Counted from the first letter of the stretch, positions 1 to 14,560 are shown. The stretch is DNA of 64,000 nt from Octopus vulgaris (GCA_951406725.2 OX597815.1:110112001-110176000); one strand, 5' to 3'. Numbers and translations: made by a program. Notes: a model not told the origin generated them from the sequence alone.

Positions 1-649
1 GTATTTATATGTATGTATGTATGTATGTATGTATGAAACACACACGCATATTTATATATGAAATATATGTAATGTATGTACGTATATATATATGTGTGTG
101 TGCGTGAGTGTGTGTATGTCATGCACTCACACACATATGTGTACTTGTGTGTGTGTGTGTGAACCATGAAAGACAAGCGCATGACCTGAAGCTGGCACGC
201 CTAAATACACACAGCTGTCTTCACAGTTCTACACGCATGAATATATTCGGAACAATAGCAAGACACTAAATTTATTTAATAAAAATTTCTTCACAATTCT
301 ACTGCATCACAATCTACCCTACAGCTTAATTAACATTCAACAGAAGCCCACAGACCCGGAAAAAATTCATCTCAACAGGCACAATAGAAAACTAAGATTA
401 ACTTAAATGCAGCAATAGTCTAATAAAGGTTTATTTGGTCAAAATGTCGGCGCCACTAGCAATGCATTTCTTGCTAAAGAAGAATATACAGACACACACA
501 CACATGTACATTTGTATATGTATATTCACAAGATAAGAGCAAAAGAAAAATTCTAATGCCAAATATGCCGAAAAGAAGACAAAACTTTTCAATAATTATA
601 ATTTATGCGTCTCGAAACAAACCGATAAAAATTTCTAAAAAATTAGTTA

Positions 650-710
650 TTACCGTATTGGTCCAATTTCGGGGTTAATTAATAAGAAATTTTCCCTTCT
701 TCAGCGGCAA
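650..710 (-). ncRNA. Minimal type-I hammerhead ribozyme, intact core
   Basis: UUGCCG-CUGAAGA-aGGG...CCCc-GAAA-UUGGACCAA-UA^-CGGUAA. 6-bp helix I, quasi-palindromic helix III, AUA cleavage triplet. Confidence 0.8.
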
Positions 711-747
711 ATACGCGAGATATGAGTGAAATACTTATATACATGAA

Positions 748-846
<99 letters not shown>

Positions 847-1049
847 ATAGATAGATATATACATATATATATATATATATGGAACGGCAGAAGTAGATTT
901 GTAAACATTATTATGATATGTCGGAGTCAACAGTAGTGACGATCAACTTTTGTCACTTTTGCCTTTAGGTTCTACTTGCTAGTAAGCCACCCCTTTTAAT
1001 TTGTTATATAAATAGATATTCATAAGTAACAAAGGTGTACAAGTGTCAA

Positions 1050-1135
1050 TTCATTACAGCTGTTTCAAGCAATTCCTTTAATTGATTAATGAAAACATTA
1101 GTTCAATTTAAAAGAAATCGTTCTCGTCAGATTAC
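1050..1135 (-). ncRNA. Type-I hammerhead ribozyme motif with long helix II
   Basis: CUGACGA (1130-1124), ~57-nt imperfect hairpin, GAAACAGCUGUA (1066-1055). Helix I is weak. Confidence 0.65.
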
Positions 1136-1421
1136 CGCATAAACTTCAAACATAAGGATACAACTATTTTTTAAAAACATGTTTACATTAATAATGGAAT
1201 TCAAAATCTGAATTTAAGTACCTAATTCAACGGAAACAGTGCGACTCTGTTGGACTTTTGGATTTTACTCAAAGGCTATTGCATATATACCATTATGCCT
1301 ATAAAATGGATTTACAAATTCATATCCATACATATCTTACATCTATTTTTTTCCTCCACCTCACTCTCTATTTTGTATCACATCGAAACTAACTATGACT
1401 TAATTTTTTTTCTCTCACACC

Positions 1422-1469
1422 GTCTCCGATGAAGGGATATTATTAATATCCCAAAAACAGCTGTAAGAC
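1422..1469 (+). ncRNA. Degenerate minimal hammerhead ribozyme
   Basis: GUCU-CcGAUGA-aGGGAUAU(uauua)AUAUCCCa-aAAA-CAGCUG-UA-AGAC. All three helices are present, with two core substitutions. Confidence 0.7.
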
Positions 1470-4400
1470 CTTCTATCTATAAATGCTCTAATATCTATAC
1501 AGCCTTTGTTTTTTTCATCTTATTACGTAAGAAATTCTTATATACACACGCTGACATAGAACCAATGTTGAACCCTTTATTCGCAATATTACCGAATCTG
1601 GAACTTAACTATGGTCTGTCTATAGCACTTATTCAGCATTACCTGACACTTTTGGGTCTCTATAACACCATTATCTCTTATATATATATATTTATTTATT
1701 TATTTATTTATTTATTTACACACACAAACACACTCGTGCGCACACACACACACTCGTGCGCACACATACATACGCACATGTAGCTGCTGAACAATTCACT
1801 TTGTCCTTTGTCAGGGAAAGATTGAACAGTCAAAGACAAATAAAACGGTGCCTTATTCTAAAACGTGTCTAGCGAACAGCTTGTCAATAAGAATTCCACC
1901 TAGATCATAGAAGAGCATAGGACAGATTTCACCTGGCTTAATCTACTATGTAACATGAATACAGCCACCATCGTAACCAGAAGCCTTTTTATACACTCAT
2001 AACTAACTGATCAACACCAAAAACTAATAGCTATTCCTTCTTCAAGAACATCGTTTCCACGTTTACTTACTATAACACATTTAAACCAGCCAGCGAGGGA
2101 ACCTTGACATAATCACTCAATCTACAAGCCTCTGCTGACGCTTCGTCTTGAAATCAATATCATGAATGATTCTGATTTTTGCCCATTCCTACAATTTTGA
2201 GGGGAGGGTTTAGTCAATAACATCAATTCCAATATCTGACTGATACTGAAATTTATCGAAAAGAATAAAAAGCAAAGTTGACCTCGGAGGAATTTGGCCG
2301 CGGAATGTAAGGAACTAAAGTAAATATTGCAAGATACATTTTCCGACGTTTTGAGGATTCTATCAATCTGCCATCTTTATATGAATATTATAAGCAGTGT
2401 GTTTATAAATCTGTAGAAAAGTGATTAGAGTCAGTTTTCATAAATGCACACTTGTTCTACGAGCAAACAGACTTATATTTCCATAAGGATTAATAGTGTT
2501 TGTATGCGGAACTTGTTCTCTAATTTGAAGTCGACAATTTCCAAGGGAAACGTCAGTATTTTATTGGTTTTCTGTCAATGTGAAAAGTCTTCTTAATTGA
2601 AAGCATTGAAAGATACTTTACGACATCGAACATTTGAAAAAAATTGATGTATTTTGTAGAATGTTACTGTCGAATTCTACTTGACGTGGATATATTGACT
2701 AATTTCTACGGAATGCATTCAGCCTGCTTTTCCAATGATACAATTCTTCAAATAAAAGAATAGTAAATAATGGACAAGACAGAAAATTGTCATCTTAACT
2801 AGACGACTTCGTGGTCTCCAATATTCTCTCGCCTCAGAGAATATCCACAATTGATTAGATTGTGGTGTAGATCCAGTGAGCAGAGTAGCAGTTATTAAGA
2901 GAAAGGTTCAGTTATAATTTTGGTATGAATATTATCACTTAAAAGTCATTCTCAGCCTCTAGGGCATGTAGATTTGTATCGTGTCGCAGTTTGTACGCGT
3001 AGAGAGGATAAATAATGTGGGTGTAAGAGTTACATTCTAGTTTCTTCAAACTGACCCCCGTCACTTTCTATTGCTGGGTGAGTTTATTTGACATGACTCA
3101 TACCATTTCATGGATTTTGTGGTGTTGATAGAACATACTGAAGTTTATCGAAAAGAGACGGCGATTTGATGAGAATGTAGTAGAAAGAAATTAGACAACA
3201 TGTTATACGTTTAGATGAAAAGCAGAAACAAATTCAAGGTTTTAAAGAATATTATTCAATATGGACAGTCACGTTAATTTGATAATTAAGGTATCTATTA
3301 CACAATTTTGCGTTTCTAGGTTTAATTCCACTACAAAGCACATTGGACAGGTGTTATTTTTATCGTAATTGCATGTCGGCTAAAATAATTTAATTGAAAT
3401 TTGTGAAACAGAAACTACGTTGAAACCTACGCGCATTCACACATACACAAACAGACACACAAACACACACTCGCGCGCACATGAATACACACACACACAT
3501 AAATGCAGACACGCGCATGCACACAAACACACACATACTCACACACACAAATACACGCACATACACGTATTTGCTAGTGTATTGAACTTACAATTATGAG
3601 CTTCTTGCTCAGGTACTTGGTTGTTACTTCTAGCAAGCTGAGCAGCCTTGTATGTTGTTGATTCACATTCTCCGCTATAGGCGCAACATTTTAAAATCTA
3701 TTTGTAATTGTAACTGAATAATGTCTTATAATATTTTATTGTTCATTTAATGAAATTATTACAATTTCATGAGTTACTACAATGTAACTACATCAAAACT
3801 TTCAAACGCATTCCGTATATTTCGAAAACCTTTAATTAAATATAATTGATAATTTGGCATGAACTGCAAAATTGAAAGTAGCTATTGAATCTGAGACCAA
3901 TAAAACAGTTTCATTTGATTTATTGTAGCTTCTGCGTAATAAATAACTTTTTAATTACTTCTGACACGTTCCTCTCAGCCCTTGATCGATCTACCACAGA
4001 GGGAAGTAATTCCAACCATGAGCATCTTGTTTTTTCCCCATACTCAGGTTGCATCGAAGAGAAAATTATTCACACCGTTTTTTTTTCTAAGACGATATAA
4101 TGTAAGTTGAAAGTGTCTACTGTTTCTAAAAGTTTGAATAACCACAAAATGGTTCCCTTATTGGCTTTATAAAAACTTTTTACTAATTTTTTGCAATTAA
4201 ATTCAAAGCATTACCGAAATGTTATTACTTCTAAGTTTGCTTGTTGGGAGGTATCGGACACAGTGTCTTGTGGTATTTAAGTACGCTTATATTATGCACT
4301 TAGTTCATATTTTATCGTATCCGAGTTTGTCCTTCATCATTCTTGAAGCAATAAAATAAATGTCAGTCAAGTATTATTCTACTATTCAGCCGTCTTCGAT

Positions 4401-7240
4401 CCAACCCATTGCTACATGAAACCTCGGCATGTCTTTGTTGGACTATTTGTGTTGCTCTCCATCTACCCAATTGTTGTTAGGTTAGAGCGCTTCCGTTGTC
4501 GTGTGATTAACCATAGCCAGCTCGCTTAGGCAGAATTTGAGTTCGAAATACGAAAATACGCAGAAGGTACCGCAAGTTATTTCTTTCAACGATCCTAGAA
4601 TTCCGTTAAACCACAATTTTGGACTGCCGCTCGATTTATCTCCTCGGAAAGGATGACAAAGTACACATCAGCAGGATTTAGACCCAGAGCGAAGAAAGCC
4701 GGATGATTATCGCAAGGTATTCTCTACGATGCTGTAACAACTCCACCAACTCGCCGACTGCGGTGGGACTCGGGATTGGATATTGCTGAATATATCACTT
4801 CTTCCCAAGGGGTGTGACCATATGGCGAGGTTAGACAACACTATTGGTGTCATTGAAATCATTATTATTGGGCTCTCGAGCTCGATGCCTCGTGAACAAA
4901 TTGCTTTTACGAGGGCCTCGTAGAGATTGTGCGAGTGAAATTGGGTAGACGGAAAAAATTATGCCATAATACAATGAACATATATTCCCCTTGACTGAAG
5001 CACTCTAACATATATGAAAGATAAATCTGTATATACTTAAATACATACACACTTTCACACACGCACATATCTCTGCGGTTGTATTATCTGTTAGTTCAAG
5101 CACACCTAACTTTTAAATTAGTAAATATTTAATAAGATAAGCTAGTCTTTTATTTCTCTAATTGATCTACAGCAAATCAACAACAATCACAGCTATTCTA
5201 CTACAACATCTAGCAATAATTTTCTATGAATTGTTTCTAAGTTATAAGCTTTAAACTTTAAAAGCTTATTTTTGTTAATATTCTGTACAAAATATAATCA
5301 CTAATTGCTGCATGTAAAAAAATAAAGGGAAGAAAAGAAAGAGATACTGAGAGCTTCGGTTTCTCGGGTTTATAATGTTTGATATCATTCACCCGGGTTA
5401 ATTCGCATTAATTTCATAATTTCCAATCCCATTTGGCTCGTATTTATCAGGTTTTTTTCCTAATTGTCTGTCAGCTGTCATGCCTGCAGGAAATAATTTT
5501 AGTTAAATTTCATAAATATTTTCTTTTTATTAATATAACGTAATTATTTTCCCTATTAAGAATATTGATTCTAATGAATTTATCTGCATTCTAAGAGAGC
5601 AGTAGGAGACTCGTACAAGACCACTAGCGATGAGGAAAACAGAACAGGAGCATAACTGAGTCTAAGTCTTTGAAATGCCTACCACTTTAATTTAGTCGAA
5701 GTTGCCTTCACTCAACTTCTTCTTTACGGTTCTTTTCAAATATATTGGCGATATTTTAATAAGTGTGCATGTGTGTATGCAAATATTTACACTGGAAGGT
5801 GTATATTGGTGTATGAATGTATATTTTTGCATGTATGTTCGTACGCCCGTACATACTATACTTTGCATAAAGTGTGCAGATGGAGATTTTCTCATTATCG
5901 TCTGACGACCAGAAGTCACAAAAATTTCTTACTCTTCGGAAAACATCGATCTTTCTAGAACTGACGAAAAACACTGATGTTGCCAAGGAAAATCCAGGGT
6001 TTATTTTGTCAACACGCACACACGTTTGTTAGCCACTGCACCAACGTTGTTACCGATGGAACAACTTCAAACATGGAAACAATTATTTAATATTATTTGC
6101 TGAAGATATTTTTCTAAGTTTTTAAATTTGAAGTTTCTTTAATGTCATGTACTATATCCAGGAGAAAGCTGAAAATGCTTTCTCTTTACATTTTCTGGTA
6201 ATTTTCTACTTCCCATTCCAGTTCTCGAGCGACTGATATGTTAGTACAATTAATCTCAGTATTACTGTATAAGGATATTACGGATCCAAATATAAACACA
6301 AAGCATTCCGTTTCCAAAATGCAATGCATGCATACAAACTCACTCACACACACATATATGTATGTATATAAAATGTATGTAAATATGTACATATTTCCAA
6401 ATATTTGTGTGTATGCAGAAATAATTTAATTTAATAAGACAAGTATACATATATACATATAAGTATAAATGTAGGCATACATATATACATACGTATTAAT
6501 AAAGGAATATAAAAAAGGGGAAATATATATATTTGTTACTCTGTAGAATATTCTATAACTGAAACTACGTATAATATGAATGATGTATACATACCAGTGA
6601 AAAATTTATACAAATATATCTGTAGAACTATATTGTCAGGGTTACTTAGAAAATTGGATAGACATCTGATTGGTTAAGCTTGACTCTGGTAGTTATGGAT
6701 ACAGAAGAGAGGAGACAAAACTAAAAAAAAGGAATAAGAGCATGAGAAGCATAGAATAAGAAAAAAGAATCATTTACAAGGTTGGAAAGATATTTAATGG
6801 GACGTTACTGTATATTGACGTAGTAGGGGAAAGAAAAACGGATACAGAGGAAAAGAAAACGGTGGACGTCTCACTGTGGAAAGAGGAGATTGGTAATTTT
6901 CACGATGATAGTGGGTTACAGGACCGAAAAACTATCGGTATTGTCTGCTGTTATGAATGCCTCGCTAATGAAAGATGGCTACGCCTTATGTCTATCACTT
7001 ACTGCATGCGTGTGTCTGTTTAAGTACCATATCATTACAGGTGTAGGTGAGGGGTGAAGGGCGAGGAGAGCGGAAGGCGACGTAGATGTATAAGAGCAGA
7101 AAAATTGAGAAGAAGCAGAAAGGCGAAATCAAGGAGAGTGGAGTCAAAAATGGAGCAAGAGACTGAGAATGAGGATAAGACGTAAGAGTCAGAGAGAATG
7201 AGGGCGAGAGAGGGGGATAGAGAGTGTATGTCTGTGAGTA

Positions 7241-7280
<40 letters not shown>

Positions 7281-7462
7281 GCAGTTAAGCAAAGAGAGAG
7301 AAGGGCATATGGAAATCTCTTAGTGTGCTTATATAAGTGCACATCCATGGTGTGTATCTGTGTGCGTGTCCATATAACTGTGTATTGATATACATATGCA
7401 TATATGTGCTTATATATATGTATGCATATTCATTTATATATAAATGAATATTTATATATGAA

Positions 7463-7500
<38 letters not shown>

Positions 7501-7740
7501 ATTTATATATGCATTTAAGATATATGTATATATTATAGATATATATGTGTACATACACGCACATGCATATATATGTGTGAGTGTGTGTGTATGTGTGGAT
7601 ACATGTATATGTATACCTTATATCTATGAATAGGCATAAGTTCTGTGTGTATCGCATTTCAAGTATATATATATTATTGACTCTCATACATAACGTATTT
7701 GATTCGATTCTATCTTTAAGAATAGTAGATGTGCATTAAT

Positions 7741-7793
<53 letters not shown>

Positions 7794-8184
7794 AATTGCT
7801 GATATACTGATGCTGTTGTTGTTGTTGTTGTTACGTGGTGATAGTGAACAGCACGGTATTACTGGTTTTAGAATTGCTCTCCAGTAGCAGAAATGATTTT
7901 GGTAGGTTCACTAATGAGAATTCTTTTAGTATGCACATAGGTGTTATAGACCTTTTTTTTTGTTGTTTTCTATATCGACGGCATCATCATCATTATTTGC
8001 GTCGTTGTCGTCTTCATCGAGGCCATTGTAGCCATTGTTGTTGTTGTTGTTGTTGTTGCTATGGTTGCATTGTTAGTGTTAGTTGTTGCTGATGTTGCTG
8101 CTATTGTAAGTTTCGGAACTTCATGTAAATCTGAGAAGTTTAATAGGAGTGAAACTCGCTGAGATATTGGTGTTAACAAGGAAG

Positions 8185-8312
8185 TTTCTTCTTCTTCTTC
8201 TTCTTCTTCTTCTTCTTCTTCTTCTTCTTCTTCTTCTTCTTCTTCTTCTTCTTCTTCTTCTTCTTCTTCTTCTTCTTCTTCTTCTTCTTCTTCTTCTTCT
8301 TCCTCTTCCTTC
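8185..8312. repeat. (TTC)n trinucleotide microsatellite
   Basis: Direct reading. Other trinucleotide tracts: (TAA)n 9612-9706, (ACT)n 14222-14288, (TAG)n 39907-40037, (GAA)n 42426-42484, 43351-43402, 49848-49921, 62843-62906. Confidence 0.97.
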
Positions 8313-8349
8313 TTCCTAACCAGTGTTAGCAATGGCGGGGTGGACTCAC

Positions 8350-8385
8350 CATTGGCTGGAGCTGTAATGATGGTGGTGACTGCAT
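8350..8385 (-). CDS. Candidate short first coding exon (MQSPPSLQLQPM) of an unidentified minus-strand gene
   Basis: ataataATG context, 12 codons, immediately followed by a consensus donor G|GTGAGT (8349-8344, phase 0). Non-repetitive island between repeats. No downstream exon identified in the window. Confidence 0.35.
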
Positions 8386-8447
8386 TATTATTTGGTTGTT
8401 GTATTGTATGTTTTTGCACAGTTGAAGAGATGGCGATTCTCTGACAA

Positions 8448-8514
<67 letters not shown>

Positions 8515-8527
8515 CACGCACACACAC

Positions 8528-8559
<32 letters not shown>

Positions 8560-9021
8560 GCTCTTATATATTATATTCATGTGTCTATTTTTCGCGTACG
8601 TGTGCATATATGAACGAATTTATGTATGAATGTGTTGTGTATGTAGTGTGTGTTGTGTATGGTTGTATGCTTTAAGTGTGTTGGAGTAAAATGATATTAA
8701 TGGTAGGAAAGAGAAGCAAAGGGCAAGAAGTAAGAAGAAAATTGCAGATAGATGAAGAAGACAAGAAGAGGGTAGAGCGAGAGCAAAAGTGGAATAAGGT
8801 AATCACGGGATAAGTACTATTAGGAGAAGAGGGTAAGTGCTTTGGTTGGGTAATGGACGGTGAGAAAAAGGAAAGCAAATACAATGGAGGAAAATAAAGT
8901 AATCATATAAAAATAGCTGAGGTATGGGGAAAGAGAGTATGACGTAGGCAAGAGAGAAAGAGTTAAATTTGTTGAGAGAGAAGAACGGACTGCAGAAGTA
9001 TTATAGGAAAAAGGTTGAGAG

Positions 9022-9068
<47 letters not shown>

Positions 9069-9238
9069 TGTAGAATTATAGAGAGAAGAGAAAGGGTGAA
9101 AATTAAAAAAAAAAAAGGAAAAAGAAAAGAGAAAAGGAGATAAATCCATTGAAATGTGTTATTACATAGAATGGAAAGTGAATGAGGAAGAGATTGTATA
9201 GGTTTTCGTTTCACATTATGTAAAAAGACAAAAAGAAA

Positions 9239-9275
<37 letters not shown>

Positions 9276-9610
9276 ATATATAAGATATGACGGGGGGAAT
9301 AAATAATAAGATGTGATAAAATTGCTGTAAGGACAGCAGAAACAGCAGGACAGCAGGACAGTTATGTGAAAAAAAAAAAAGGAAAAAAAAAGGCTATCGG
9401 GCACGACCAGTCCACGACACAAGAAAGAATCATTTCTACGTTTACATCGACACAGTCCACGGCACTAAGTGCTGAACCATTCTGCACACTGCAACAGCAT
9501 CCACAACAACTAACCAGAACTACTACTACTACTACTACTACTACTACAACAAACAAATACAGCAGTAATATTCATAGCAACAATTACAACACGAGCAACA
9601 ACAGCCGTTA

Positions 9611-9687
<77 letters not shown>

Positions 9688-10646
9688 CACAATAATAATA
9701 ATAATAAATTCTTTATTATTACGACCGCGGGCCTGTCGTACACAGAACGAAATATATATAATAAATAATACAGTGTTTGCAAAAGGGGTGGAGGTAGAAA
9801 AGTAGAAATTTATCAAAAAAAAAAAGAAAAAAAAAACAGAATAAAAAAGAGAGAGAAAGCGTGAAGACGTTATACAACATATATGTGTTTGTATTAAACA
9901 TTTAATATGTAAAAATAGATGATTATCTAAAAATCAGATTAAACGTTCCATACGAATAATAGGAATTTCAAAAAAAATTATATCGAACGGAAAGTACATG
10001 ACGACTTACAAGAAATCTGCTTATAATAAAACAGGCACACACATTCTCACACTCATGCAAACAGGCAAACACACGCATATACACACATGCGTGCACATAA
10101 TGATATAGACAAAAATGCACACTTCTCTCCACAAACACAAATGCATTAGGTTTCCGCCTTCAGCATTATTATATATCCACAAAGGAAATATGTATGGACT
10201 GGCATAGACGCCTTGTGCATTACTGACCAGTTGAGTGTCCGTACTGATTGTCACTTGAGTAACTGGATTTGAATCCTCAACTACTGGTATGTATGAATAT
10301 ATGCATTATATTACCTGTTTCATCATGTTAGTCTCTGTGAAACGTATGTATATGTTTTTAATTCTATACGTGAAAGTATATGCACATAAATGTATATATG
10401 TGTAGGTATATATATGCATATATGTTTATTGATATGTGAACGTATATATTTGTATACATACACATATCAATAAATATATGTATAAGTATTTATATTTATA
10501 TGCACAGACATATATAGACATCCATTCATCCGTCCATCCATATATATATATATAAATGTGTGAGTGTATACATATATATATGTATAATATATATATATAT
10601 ATATACATATATAAATATAACATATATAATATATATATGTATATGC

Positions 10647-10683
<37 letters not shown>

Positions 10684-10686
10684 TTT

Positions 10687-10727
<41 letters not shown>

Positions 10728-10860
10728 TATGTATGTATATATATATATATATACATATGAAGAGGTAGGTTATTTTATTCCAAACATCATTTTGTTAATG
10801 TTTGTACACATGTATACGTTTGCACAAACACACACACACTCACGTATATACATACATACA

Positions 10861-10916
<56 letters not shown>

Positions 10917-11062
10917 TGTGTACATACGCAATATATATATACATACAGACAGACAGACATATATACATATATGTATTTATATACACATATGCATACATGC
11001 TTTTCGTATGTGTGTGTATGTAGATAAACGGTGCAATGTTGTTGACTAGTTAAGTTACGTAA

Positions 11063-11135
<73 letters not shown>

Positions 11136-11815
11136 TCACACACACTTGTCCGTCATGTTACTGTTTTTACACACAGATACATTCATTTTGAAATTACGAT
11201 ATTGAATTAGCATCTCTTTGACATCATTCCTGATTAAAATATCACTGACTTTTATAATTCCTGAATTTCCACATCTATTTAAATCAGTCGTACAAGCAGA
11301 CACGTGCAACACCCCTCCCCTCATACTCTCTCACCTTTCCTTTAATCCCTCCCTTCCTCAACACACTAGCACTAATATATCAAACAATGGTGCTAATGAT
11401 GTTGATGAAGCTAATGATAATATTATACGGAAGAAAAAGATGACACTGATTATGATGAAGAAGATGATGATGATGATGATGATGATAGTGGTGTTGGTGA
11501 TGGTGGTAATCGTCGTCGTCCTTATCGTCATCAGTGCATGGTGGTCATGGCATCCGAGTATGGCTTTGAATGTAATTATGTTGAAATTAATTACCGTCCT
11601 CAACGTTGTCGTCGTCGTCCTCCTCCTCCTCCTCGTCCTCCTCCTCCTCCTCGTCCTCCTTCTCCTCCGCCACTCCCCTTTCTCCTCTATCAACATCATC
11701 ATCATCATCATCAACGTCATGAATTTTCCAGTTTAAAAGCACATACATGCATATGTATGCATATATGTGCATACATATGCCTGTATATATATATATATGC
11801 ATGTATGTATGTATG

Positions 11816-11884
<69 letters not shown>

Positions 11885-12714
11885 TGAGATACACTCATGC
11901 ACACGTACACACACACACATATATATATGCATGTCCGTTTGTGCATATGTGTATACTTATTTAATGCATACATATGTATCATGCATATCCAGCTTATATA
12001 TAAATGCGTTTATGTGCCTGTATATGTGTTTGTGTGTGTGACAGAGTGCTTGTGTGTGTGTGTGTGTGTGTGTCTACACGCACACAGTATGTGTGTTTAA
12101 CTGTAATGACGAAACATACGTTTCCTAACATATTGTTAATTTTAAAAGCCACATATCCATAAAAGTCGTCTAATATACTTTCCCTTTGATTCTATACACT
12201 TCTTTATTGATTACAACTGTTCATAAAATGTAGAAAAAAAAATCAACAACAAAACCAAATACTATTTTATGGTTGTAAACATGAATGGATAATCATATTG
12301 GTGCTTTAGAGAATCTGTAGGATGTCGGGCAAATTCATTACAGTGTCTAGTTATTACTCTTTAATGTAATGATTCAAAATCCTGCCAAGGTCAACTTTTC
12401 CTTTCATCCTTCAGTGGTCTATTGAACGAAATGCTATTGAAGTTCTGTAGTAGATCTCGTATTAACATATATCATCATAGATGTTAGTGGAATTATAATT
12501 GACGACAATGATGATATTGATGGACTTAAAATTAGTTGGATCTTTCTCTGTTTTGACATGTGCATTAACAAATTTTAAATAGTTTTCATATGTGAATGAG
12601 TTAAAATCTATCTTTTTTTACATGTTATGTCTCGTCTTTAAAGCGATATATTAAAATTGACAGCTTTTTGTTTGGACAAAAGTTATGGTTTTTAAACATA
12701 GAAACATGTATTTA

Positions 12715-13140
12715 TGTCTGTGTGGTTAAGAAGATGGATTTCCAAGCATATTGTTTCAGGTTCAGCCTCACTGTCCGCAGCACATTAGGTAAATGTCTTC
12801 TACCACAGCTTTGGGCCAACTAGTGCCCAGAGAATGAATTGGAAAACAGAAACTTCAAAAGCACATCATGTTTGCATGCGTATGTGTGAATTTGTATGTG
12901 TGTTTGTGTGTGCATATGTGTATGCGTATGTTTGTTTGTTTGTTTGTGTGTGTGTGTGTGTGAGTGTGTATTATTGTATATTTGTGTTTGGTTTTTGGTT
13001 TGTTTACCGGCTTTTGGTTTGTTTACCGATTTTTGGTTTGTTTACCTACCTGAAACTTAGCGGCATGACAAAAATAGACTATATTGTATTTACCAGATTT
13101 AAAATATGCTTTCGTGTCGATTTCATTGGATAAGTGCTTC
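12715..13140 (+). mobile_element. Old SINE family A copy
   Basis: TGTGTGGTTAAGAAG..GGTTCAG..GTCTTCTAC..TTAGCGG, diverged. Confidence 0.65.
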
Positions 13141-13184
13141 AGATCAGTAACAAATGAAAGAATATGCACAAGGGTTTTAGTGTA

Positions 13185-13525
13185 GAGAGTATAGATGACG
13201 CCATTACATGACTGGTATATATTTTATCGACTGTAGAAATGATGTAGGGTCAAGGTGATCTCGGTAATATTTGAACTCAGGACATAGAGTGGCGTGACTA
13301 AATAGGGCAAAATATTTTGCTGGTATTGTAACCTAATCTTTCTTTATTGCCCACAAGGGGCTAAACACAGAGGGAACAAACAAGAACAGACAAAGGGATT
13401 AAGCCGATTACATCGACCCCAGTGCGTAACTGATACTTTATTTTATCGACCCCGAAAGGATGAAAGGCAAAATCGACCTCGGCGGAATTTGAACTCAGAA
13501 GGTAACATTTCTGCCAACTCGCAGA
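13185..13525 (-). mobile_element. SINE family B: young copy (13339-13525) abutting an older copy (13185-13330)
   Basis: GACCCCGAAAGGATGAAAGGCAAAATCGACCTCGGCGGAATTTGAACTCAGAA plus a diverged second copy. Confidence 0.85.
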
Positions 13526-14220
13526 ATTGTAATCTTTCTGCCAACCCTGTCATTCACTGCCCGTTACCTGACGTAAAATAATATAGATATTTGCTAAATT
13601 ACTCTCCAGACAAGATATATGTTTCAGAAATAGTGTTTAGTCGTTGAAGCCGTCCCCTGTACATTGCTTTTGGTCACTATTTCACTGACAACTCTGTAAG
13701 ATAAAAAGAAAACCTTAAAAGTACGTAACTAAGTGCTACAAACACAAGCATTTTATCAGCAACTCAATGGGATCCAAAAATTGTGTGGCAAACCGAATCC
13801 GTCGTCGAGTTTAACATCATAATTAAATCTTTGCAGCTTTTTAGACATCATTCCGATGCAAGGATTTGGGTTAGGTCTCTCGTTTAGGGATAACTTCCTT
13901 CCTTCTGCAGACCACATTCGTGAAGCACCGAAGACATAAATTATTACGCCATATTCATTTTGAATAATCATTAAAGAAGAAAAATCTTTTTTAACACACA
14001 TACTAAAATTATATGAGATAAATGTCTACATTTTTGATTGATCTGCTATAACTAACAGTCAAATTTCCTTCAAAATATATAACATACGCTTGAATATAAC
14101 ACATCTGAAAATTATTCCGAGGTAGATTATGACTGAAAATGGCACGATTTATTACAAGAACACATTTAGTGATTAGTCAACGCTAATTAATAACACCAAC
14201 GACGTCAGCACCACCACCTA

Positions 14221-14289
<69 letters not shown>

Positions 14290-14429
14290 ACTATTTGGAG
14301 ACAAAAGAATGTTTAATTTATTGCTCGAATACATTTCAACGTAAAAGAACATAAGAGAACGCGGTTAAATATTCTTAAGATTGTCTCAAATGGCTTACCA
14401 TCTCAAGTTTTACCTTAATACGGTTTTTG

Positions 14430-14560
<131 letters not shown>

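Noticed and set aside
5895-5960. CTGACGA-ccagaag...cttcgg-aaaacatcgatc
   Set aside because: Helices I and III are not supported; too degenerate to call.
7970-8557. 195-aa ORF with a long poly-Glu run
   Set aside because: Built from (TG)n, (GAA)n and (CAA)n tracts. Only the 36-nt segment in another frame has splice support.
11218-12041. ORFs with poly-Met/Leu/Pro/His resembling membrane or transcription-factor proteins
   Set aside because: Compound trinucleotide microsatellites (GAT, GTC, CCT, CAT); no domain.
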